The position numbers and the translations under genes were made by a program. DNA of 10,496 bases. Origin: Candidatus Heimdallarchaeota archaeon (lineage in GTDB: Archaea > Asgardarchaeota > Heimdallarchaeia > Hodarchaeales > Hodarchaeaceae). The notes under the pieces are model-generated. The model was given only the letters and a program-made list of their open reading frames with translations. It had not been told where the DNA came from and searched no databases. Positions 1 through 6,220 of this stretch are shown here, piece by piece; the stretch's first letter is position 1, and the number at the start of each line of letters is the position of its first letter. The stretch lies in NCBI GenBank assembly GCA_019057635.1, contig DXJL01000209.1:1-10496 (forward strand), in the 5' to 3' direction.

Positions 1-237
1 ATTGAAAGAGAATTACGAATGGAAAGAATGGAACATGTAGGTACCGTTATAATCAAAGGTAATGTTCCTTGCCTTACTTGTGGCCAAGGTAGCACCTGTG
101 AAATGAGTGGAGTACCCATGATATATGGAAAGGGAACAAAAGCATCAAGTGAGCTTTGTGTAGATGTCGAAAATCAACGCAAAGTATGGTACGAGATTAC
201 TAGAATAGGTAAGCTATTAGGTGAGCGTCTTTCGTAA
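1..237 (+). CDS. 3' part of a flavodoxin-fold protein (NADPH-dependent FMN reductase / iron-sulfur flavoprotein-like), truncated by the window edge
   Basis: Frame is open from base 1 (IERELRMERMEHVG...) to TAA at 235-237. The GNVPCLTCGQGSTCEMSG segment and the final helix (VENQRKVWYEITRIGKLLG) resemble C-termini of this family as I recall them; the N-terminal FMN-binding motif is outside the window. Confidence 0.6.
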   Translation: MERELRMERMEHVGTVIIKGNVPCLTCGQGSTCEMSGVPMIYGKGTKASSELCVDVENQRKVWYEITRIGKLLGERLS

Positions 238-257
238 TTGCATTAGTTTAAGAACTT

Positions 258-473
258 TCAAATTAATTCTGAGAGAAAGCTCGAATATTCCTGCATAATG
301 GCTTTTGTTTGTTTTTTCTTGATATTAGGACTGATATGTTCAAAACCTTCAAATTCAACAAGTTTTACATTTTTTAATCGTGGGACTAGGTCTCTTGCAA
401 GTTCAATAGGGGTGACTTTATCTTCTGTGCCATTAAGTAATAATATGGGCTTATCTCCTATTGAGCTAATACA
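258..473 (-). CDS. 3' segment of the split alpha/beta hydrolase (71 codons plus stop, no start codon of its own)
   Basis: Manual translation: CISSIGDKPILLLNGTEDKVTPIELARDLVPRLKNVKLVEFEGFEHISPNIKKKQTKAIMQEYSSFLSELI*. It contains the typical P-x-L-x-x-x-G-x-x-D-x-x-x-P catalytic-acid motif and the G-x-x-H catalytic His region. Same frame as ORF 828..1526; absent from the ORF track. Confidence 0.9.
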   Translation of the reverse strand, partial: CISSIGDKPILLLNGTEDKVTPIELARDLVPRLKNVKLVEFEGFEHISPNIKKKQTKAIMQEYSSFLSELI

Positions 474-477
474 TGAT
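472..477. repeat. 6-bp direct repeat CATGAT, left copy (putative target-site duplication)
   Basis: Identical to 829-834 and lies exactly where hydrolase-like coding resumes. Confidence 0.8.
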
Positions 478-834
478 CATTTTTATCCTACAATTCCATA
501 GTTCTCATATTCGTTGACCTCTCTCTCTTAGTAACTTAAAAGGTGTCCCTCCCGTACTTCATCAAAGCCGAAGTGATGACAAAAAGATTTACTTAGCTCT
601 TAGGTCATATTCCCTTGCAACTTCGTTAGACGAGTTACCCGTGAAAGGCAAGAGAAGAATGATCCAGATTGGTCGAAAAGTATTGGTGTTTGGGGTGTTG
701 CAAGAAGATCTGATTCAAGTAATCCCAATGGAAAGCATACATACTCTTGTTGCGAACCTGCCGGACATTGGATGTGTGACTCATCCTGTCCAGAACTCTT
801 TTTCAAATAGTTGTCTAACAAATTTAGTCATGAT
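478..834 (-). mobile_element. 357-bp non-coding insertion (351 bp plus one repeat copy) interrupting the hydrolase; class unknown
   Basis: Deleting it joins ...GAT ACA TCA TG|T ATT AGC... in frame (EFDTS-CISSIGDKP). It carries in-frame stops (828-830, 600-602, 477-479), no transposase, about 40% GC by hand count versus about 33% in 301-480, and many hairpins. Confidence 0.75.
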
Positions 835-1526
835 GTATCGAATTCAATTTCTTTTTCGATATCCTGAGCATAATATCTAAAGAACAGCTCAAGTGTTCGA
901 ATTAGTGTTCCTGTAAGTAAAGGAAAAGCCCGTCTTCCTAATATCCAACTAATAATTTTTTCTTTCAGATTTAATTCCGAATAGGTCTTTTGGAATATTT
1001 TAGGAATGTATATTGTTCTTATAACCCGTTTATAATTCGTTGTATTGATTCTTTCAGATAAGGTATCATTCAATATCAGTAGGCCTTCTAGTCGCTCCGT
1101 AAAAAGATGCTGCTCCTCCTCAAGTTTCGGGCCTAGAAGATTCACTATGCCATAGCCAGCAAGACTAACTACTCTGTCGGGAAATAATCCAGTAAAAATT
1201 TGACCGACCATAGATCCTTTGCTTACGCCAAAGAGGTGGGCTCTGTCAATTTTCAAGTAATCGAGTAAACCTAGTAATTCATCTACAAGACCTTGTAGTG
1301 TAAACTGCTTATCTCTTGATGAAGATTTCCCGATTCCCTGATAATCGTAGAGAACATAGGAATACCCCTCCTCCGTTAAATTCCGAAATGCAGGTAAATA
1401 AGTCGCCATCCATTGTCGATGGTTGAATATTGAACCATTTAGAAAGACAACAGGTGGAGCACTAACATCTCGTTTCTCGTAAAGATAATCTATCTCAATG
1501 TTTTCTTTAATCTTAGCTAAAGGCAT
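828..1526 (-). CDS. Alpha/beta fold hydrolase, 5' segment (232 aa of a reconstructed 303-aa protein spanning 258..1526)
   Basis: PPVVFLNGS oxyanion strand, YDYQGIGKS motif and nucleophile elbow GVSKG (G-x-S-x-G). It lacks the catalytic Asp and His, which are in 258..473. Confidence 0.9.
   Translation of the reverse strand: MPLAKIKENIEIDYLYEKRDVSAPPVVFLNGSIFNHRQWMATYLPAFRNLTEEGYSYVLYDYQGIGKSSSRDKQFTLQGLVDELLGLLDYLKIDRAHLFGVSKGSMVGQIFTGLFPDRVVSLAGYGIVNLLGPKLEEEQHLFTERLEGLLILNDTLSERINTTNYKRVIRTIYIPKIFQKTYSELNLKEKIISWILGRRAFPLLTGTLIRTLELFFRYYAQDIEKEIEFDTS
829..834. repeat. 6-bp direct repeat CATGAT, right copy
   Basis: Identical to 472-477; overlaps the premature TGA of ORF 828..1526. Confidence 0.8.
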
Positions 1527-1541
1527 GAAATCATCTTTCCC

Positions 1542-1640
1542 TTATCTACTAAAAATGTCTAAAATGATCATAATCGACTAAAAATCAGCCTTTAAATCGA
1601 TTTGGCTAATAATCGAAATCCTGCTTTATCTACTAAAAAT
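1542..1640. repeat. 15-bp direct repeat TTATCTACTAAAAAT (1542-1556, 1626-1640) enclosing shorter CTAAAA(A)T and AATCGA units
   Basis: Read directly; lies just upstream of the hydrolase start. A central palindrome AAATCGATTT (1594-1603) sits between AGCC (1587-1590) and GGCT (1604-1607). Confidence 0.7.
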
Positions 1641-1785
1641 CTACGACCATGTATGAGAGGAAAGAGAGTAAATCCCAAAGCGTCACTTCAAAAATATGAA
1701 TTTCTGACAGGAATTGACGTTAAATCATATTGATTTGGGTTAAGCAATAAATTTATTGTAAGTTGAGTGATTTTTAATAATTTTG

Positions 1786-1809
1786 AAGGATAAAAAAAAG
1801 AGGATAAAA
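1786..1809 (-). terminator. Probable archaeal oligo-U terminator of the membrane protein gene
   Basis: T8 tract (1792-1799) within a pyrimidine-rich run on the minus strand just past the stop at 1816. Confidence 0.5.
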
Positions 1810-1815
1810 CCACGC

Positions 1816-2460
1816 TTAATACTCTGCGACTGTTGGTTCTATCTTGGTGGGAATACTAGGCGGTTGTGCTGCCCTTCTAGAGCCATAAATTAGTAAAATC
1901 CAACCAATGAAAAATAATGCTAATAATAGAATATTAATTTGTGGAATGGTCACTGTTCCTCCTATTCCCCCCATAACCTCAGCAAGAGCCTCCCAATCTT
2001 CGCTAATAATAGTTACGGTGATAATTGCCCATTCACCTACAGTACCTATCAATCCCAATATTACTCCACCTGTGTTGAGTAAAGGGTTCGGATTGTCCCC
2101 ATTCATCTTCATAAAGGCATAGAAAGCAACTGCTCCACCACCGAGAAGAGTCAGAAGCAGATATATTAGTCCCCAAAGTTGTGTTATATTCCAAAGGATT
2201 CCAGCCTGGCTACCTTCTGCCATACTATTGTAACTTACAGTAAGAGTCATTGAAAAAATAAAAACTACCGTTTCTTCTATACCATCCCACATATACTCAT
2301 TTTTTTGGGTGATAGTTGTACCTAGAGACTCTAGAGTCACTTCTTGATTATAAAAACCTCCCACTAATCCTGCGAAAGGAATAACGAGAGTTAAAACGAG
2401 AAACACAATTGCACAAATTATAGCTATGGTATGATCGTTACTTTTACTTGACATTTCCAT
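1816..2460 (-). CDS. Hypothetical integral membrane protein, about 4 transmembrane helices
   Basis: 214-aa ORF with hydrophobic stretches near aa 11-33, 88-116, 130-152 and 175-193 and a polar Pro-rich tail. Confidence 0.8.
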   Translation of the reverse strand: MEMSSKSNDHTIAIICAIVFLVLTLVIPFAGLVGGFYNQEVTLESLGTTITQKNEYMWDGIEETVVFIFSMTLTVSYNSMAEGSQAGILWNITQLWGLIYLLLTLLGGGAVAFYAFMKMNGDNPNPLLNTGGVILGLIGTVGEWAIITVTIISEDWEALAEVMGGIGGTVTIPQINILLLALFFIGWILLIYGSRRAAQPPSIPTKIEPTVAEY

Positions 2461-2789
2461 TCTTCCTATTCAAATGAAATTAAAAATTTGGGAATCATAA
2501 GTTGCGTTTTAAATATTTTGACATTGCGATGAATCTTCTTAGAAAATAAGCTAGGTCTTTCAGAAATCTCAATTCAAAAAGCGGAATCACTTCTTTGATT
2601 ACTATCTTAATCAATGAAGATTTATTAGTGAAATGTATTCTCAGGATTCCTTTTCTACATCAGGAAGAACAGCTCCAACGGTTGTTTCGAATAATTTTTC
2701 CCAATTGTTCCTGGTAGCCTATTTGAGTAAGTCTTTCAGAACGGTAGAACAAAACTAGAATGAACAAAAAATATTGGAAAGACAATATT

Positions 2790-2814
2790 GAGAAAAAAGA
2801 GAGAGTATGAGAAA
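2790..2814 (-). terminator. Probable U-rich terminator of the acl operon
   Basis: TTTCTCATACTCTCTCTTTTTTCTC on the minus strand directly after the aclA stop. Confidence 0.45.
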
Positions 2815-2816
2815 CG

Positions 2817-4649
2817 CTAATCAGCGAATAGAATCTCATCCCAAGGTTGTCGGTATAACGCTGCTCTTTGTCGTTTTTGGTCAAAAATATGACCCATCAT
2901 ACCAATAGATCGACCAAGCACAAAGAATCCATTTAACATTTCTGTTTCAACTACATCGTTCTTTTCTTCTTCAGACAAATCTAAATTTTCAAGTAAATCC
3001 ATGAAGCAAATACCAATACAACCATCGACGTTGAGGATAAGATTATTCCGTTTTGATGTAGTAATCATTTCTACTTCGAGTGCATAGTCCAAAAAAGGAT
3101 GTTTTTCGAAATTATTTAAAACGAATTCCTTTAGTAGTTTGACACGGACATCAGGGTTTTGAACAGATTTTATTCGGTGACCAATTCCAGGAATATTGAT
3201 GCCTACTACATTCTTCATATAATCTACAAATTCCTGGGGTGTCATTTTTTTATCTAGTGCTAATTTGATATATTTTGCAGCATCGGAAATGGCTCCACCA
3301 AATCGTGGACCAATTGCTAAGATTCCAGTAGCTAGCGAAGACATTAAATCTTTTCCAGCTCGGGCGGTGACTATCGCATTATGAGCCCCCGAAACAGCTG
3401 GTCCGTGGTCGGACGTGAGCTTAATGACTATCTCGATATAATCTTGGGCAAACTTTGGAAGTTCTTTTTTAAACCAGAGTAATCCAATTGTATAGCCGAT
3501 AGACTTATTCTCACTTACGACGGTATCCAATCCCACTCCTGAGAACATGGGAACATCACCCCGTTCGTCGGAAATGGTGCTGATAACAGTGGTTGGTCGT
3601 CTCACTATCCCAAGTTTAGCTGCTTGGGCATAATCCATGGGTAATTTAGGTGGTTCAAAGTCGTCCACTGGATCAATTTTTCCTTCAGCTTTAAGTTTTT
3701 CGAAGGTTGTCTTAATCTTATCGCCTAAATCATCATAAGACTCAGGAACAATGACTCCTACTTCGGCCAGTGCTTTGTTCTTAGCATGTGCAGTTTCCAT
3801 ATCACTACCCGCCATAGCACCCGCATGCCCAAATTGTAACCCTGCGGGTAGAAGTGCTGCAGCTGTACCGATGCACCACATCACTAAAGGTTTAGTAAGT
3901 CTGCCAACTTTTACTGCATTCACAATATCGATTTCTCCCGTACCACCGACTTCACCCAAACAAACCATCATCTTAATTTTAGGATTTGCTTCATAACGTA
4001 GCAGATGGTCAATTAATGATGAGCCAGCGTAACGATCGCCTCCTATAGCGATTCCCTCGAATACACCATCGGAATTCTGAGCAATCATGAAATTCATTTC
4101 ATTACTCATACCACCACTTTTAGAAACAAAACCTACACTTCCAGGTCGATAGAGCTTCGACAGTACAACATTTTCAATGGTACCAGCGGTGTTACCGATC
4201 TTGAATGCACCAGCTTGTATTCCTCCAACGGTAGCAGGGCCAATGATAACCTTTCCCTTTTCCTTTGCTAGTTTATACATCTCCCGGCTTCGTCGTTCAG
4301 GAATTCCTTCAGCAATAACAGCAATTGTATTGATTGTCTCTGCATTTAATGCTTCCATAGATGTTGGATAAGCTGACCGAAATGATGAAAAGTTGATTAA
4401 CACATCTGCATCGGGATGTTTCTTAATGGCCAAGTCTAGTTTCCTATAAATTGGAACAACAATCTCTGTTCCACCCCAAAAGACTTTATGATAACCTATA
4501 GCTCCTGCTTGACTAGGACGGATAATAGCAGCCACTGAGGGAGTCTCCCGTTTACATACAAAATCGAAGTCAAGCATCCGTTGAATTGCATTTCGTTGAA
4601 AACCATAAATAATGGCTCGTGTGTCACGATTAAATAGTTCTCTTGTCAT
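2817..4649 (-). CDS. aclA: ATP citrate lyase, large (alpha) subunit
   Basis: QRMLDFDF, IAEGIPE, IGPATVGG, VSKSGGMSNE, IGGDRY, phospho-His motif QFGHAGA, and C-terminal citryl-CoA lyase domain SDHGPAVSGAHN / GIGHRIKS / LILNVDG; 610 aa is the expected size. Confidence 0.97.
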   Translation of the reverse strand: MTRELFNRDTRAIIYGFQRNAIQRMLDFDFVCKRETPSVAAIIRPSQAGAIGYHKVFWGGTEIVVPIYRKLDLAIKKHPDADVLINFSSFRSAYPTSMEALNAETINTIAVIAEGIPERRSREMYKLAKEKGKVIIGPATVGGIQAGAFKIGNTAGTIENVVLSKLYRPGSVGFVSKSGGMSNEMNFMIAQNSDGVFEGIAIGGDRYAGSSLIDHLLRYEANPKIKMMVCLGEVGGTGEIDIVNAVKVGRLTKPLVMWCIGTAAALLPAGLQFGHAGAMAGSDMETAHAKNKALAEVGVIVPESYDDLGDKIKTTFEKLKAEGKIDPVDDFEPPKLPMDYAQAAKLGIVRRPTTVISTISDERGDVPMFSGVGLDTVVSENKSIGYTIGLLWFKKELPKFAQDYIEIVIKLTSDHGPAVSGAHNAIVTARAGKDLMSSLATGILAIGPRFGGAISDAAKYIKLALDKKMTPQEFVDYMKNVVGINIPGIGHRIKSVQNPDVRVKLLKEFVLNNFEKHPFLDYALEVEMITTSKRNNLILNVDGCIGICFMDLLENLDLSEEEKNDVVETEMLNGFFVLGRSIGMMGHIFDQKRQRAALYRQPWDEILFAD

Positions 4650-4656
4650 TTTTGTG

Positions 4657-4662
4657 CCTCCT
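4657..4662 (-). promoter_or_regulatory. Shine-Dalgarno AGGAGG for aclA
   Basis: 7 nt upstream of the ATG at 4649, abutting the aclB stop; the 13-bp gap implies an operon. Confidence 0.75.
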
Positions 4663-5946
4663 TTAGCTGTCTCCTTTAAGTGATAATGGAACGATTCGTG
4701 TCATATGAGTGTATCTATCATAAACTTCGATGGGTACTCCGATCTCTTCACCTACATCTTTCATAAGTTTAAGACCTTCCTTTTCATTGGGTCCACCTCT
4801 TCGCACATAGATCTTTACATTAGCGTTCCGTAATTTTTCAGCGGATTTTCTCAATGCCGCTACTATGCCCATAAAGGTTGCTTTGACATCGGTAAAGTTA
4901 GCAATACCTCCACCGATCAGTAAGATTTTGGGTCGTCCTTGAGGATCAGGTTTTTCCGTTAACACATCAATCAAAGTTTGTGCATAGAGTTCTGTATGTT
5001 CACGATTAGGATTCCCAGAATATTCCCCATAGTTACCTAGTTCTTTTGCAAATCCCATATCTGCAATAGTATCTGTATAGACAACAGATCCACCACCACC
5101 AGCGACCATGGTCCAGACACGTGCATCTCTATTCAGAATAGTGAATTTTAATGAGGCACCTGTCTTTTCATCCATATCTGCGATGAACCGCTCTTCTTTG
5201 GAGAGTACCTGGCCGAAAGCTCGTGGAAATTGAATCGGATTCTCTGGACTCGCCCACGTATTAATATGTTGAAAACTGGCTGTATCATCTAACTTCGCTT
5301 TTAAGTCAAGTGGAACGACAGTTCCGTCCGAGGTTACAGCAAAAGGATTGATTTCCAAAAATGCGAAATCTTGGTCAATATACACTTTTAGTAACCCTTT
5401 AACAAAAGGAACTAAAGTAGTTTTTAGATCACCCAGATCTGGTAACTTGTTAGCCAAATCAAATGAATCTACATCTGTACCTATAGGTACAGAAACATGG
5501 GTTACTTTATCCCAGTTTTCTTCGACAAAAATACCACCTTCAAAGGAAAAGTGAATAGTGTCACTATCCATATCAGAAGTAATTGAAACATAGAATTCTT
5601 TTTCATGTGGTACAAACGGTTCAACAAGGAATCGATTAAGGGTTCCCTTAATACCCCCTATTTCGACTTCTTTGTTCATTCTTTCATTAATAAATGCTTT
5701 CAATTTATCTAGATTCGCATCTAATAATAAAAGATTGGCTTTCCCTCGTTTACCGAAAAGCTGGTCAGGTTTAGCCGCTAGTTTGTCTGTATTAAGCCAA
5801 GGATTCTCAGCAACTAATTTATTCCAGTCAGTTTCGGGAGAAATTACTGCGAGTTTCCCGTGATAATTATACGCGGGAAAATACTTGGGCAGTTCCGTCA
5901 TCAGTAATTTTTTAGCAGAAAATTCATATATACTCTTTTGTGCCAT
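4663..5946 (-). CDS. aclB: ATP citrate lyase, small (beta, ATP-grasp) subunit
   Basis: KPDQLFGKRGK, VEPFVPH, LEINPF, KLDDTA, GASLKFTILN, WTMVAGGG, NYGEYSGNP, IGGGIANFTDV, VRRGGPN; adjacent to aclA. Confidence 0.97.
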   Translation of the reverse strand: MAQKSIYEFSAKKLLMTELPKYFPAYNYHGKLAVISPETDWNKLVAENPWLNTDKLAAKPDQLFGKRGKANLLLLDANLDKLKAFINERMNKEVEIGGIKGTLNRFLVEPFVPHEKEFYVSITSDMDSDTIHFSFEGGIFVEENWDKVTHVSVPIGTDVDSFDLANKLPDLGDLKTTLVPFVKGLLKVYIDQDFAFLEINPFAVTSDGTVVPLDLKAKLDDTASFQHINTWASPENPIQFPRAFGQVLSKEERFIADMDEKTGASLKFTILNRDARVWTMVAGGGGSVVYTDTIADMGFAKELGNYGEYSGNPNREHTELYAQTLIDVLTEKPDPQGRPKILLIGGGIANFTDVKATFMGIVAALRKSAEKLRNANVKIYVRRGGPNEKEGLKLMKDVGEEIGVPIEVYDRYTHMTRIVPLSLKGDS

Positions 5947-6220
5947 TTTACTTCCTCTCTAAGTTGATTAGAAAAGATACTCTTTCGTGATACGGAAAAA
6001 AAGACGAAATTAAATTCTTTTTGTGTGAAATTCTCATTTTCAAATATATATCTTAAGAGAGGTAAACGCCATACAGCAACCTAATAAAGAAATTCTTCTT
6101 CATACCTCCTCTGTTTTAGTTAAATATAGACTTGGATGAGTAGTAGAAAACTTAATAGATAATAGATGATGCATTAACCAACGTGTAACGTAAACTTTAG
6201 AGTTATTTTTGGCTGATTAC

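Noticed and set aside
298-501. 67-aa + strand ORF
   Set aside because: Antisense shadow of the hydrolase 3' segment.
505-612. TCATATTC repeated exactly 100 bp apart (505-512, 605-612)
   Set aside because: An 8-bp AT-rich match is not distinguishable from chance.
573-713. C/D box sRNA (GTGATGA at 573, CTGA at 710)
   Set aside because: Boxes are about 135 nt apart, far longer than typical archaeal C/D guides, with no clear C'/D' boxes.
478-830. Intein or selenocysteine/stop read-through as the explanation for the split hydrolase
   Set aside because: The insert has several in-frame stops including TAA at 600-602, and no intein terminal residues.
478-834. Group I or group II intron
   Set aside because: No GUGYG 5' end or domain V. 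The only in-frame boundary I found ending in G has C rather than U at the 5' splice site, and I found no ordered P7 R/S elements.
600-880. ORFs 600..821 (-), 641..880 (+) and a start-less Cys-rich + frame at 604..810 inside the insert
   Set aside because: No recognisable motifs (no transposase, intein or homing endonuclease signature) and they overlap one another. A captured gene fragment cannot be fully excluded without a BLASTX search.
1907-5863. Short ORFs 1907..2122, 3751..3996, 4177..4371, 5348..5554, 5672..5863 (+) and 2660..2884 (-)
   Set aside because: Antisense or overlapping shadows of well-supported genes; 2660..2884 overlaps aclA and its terminator.
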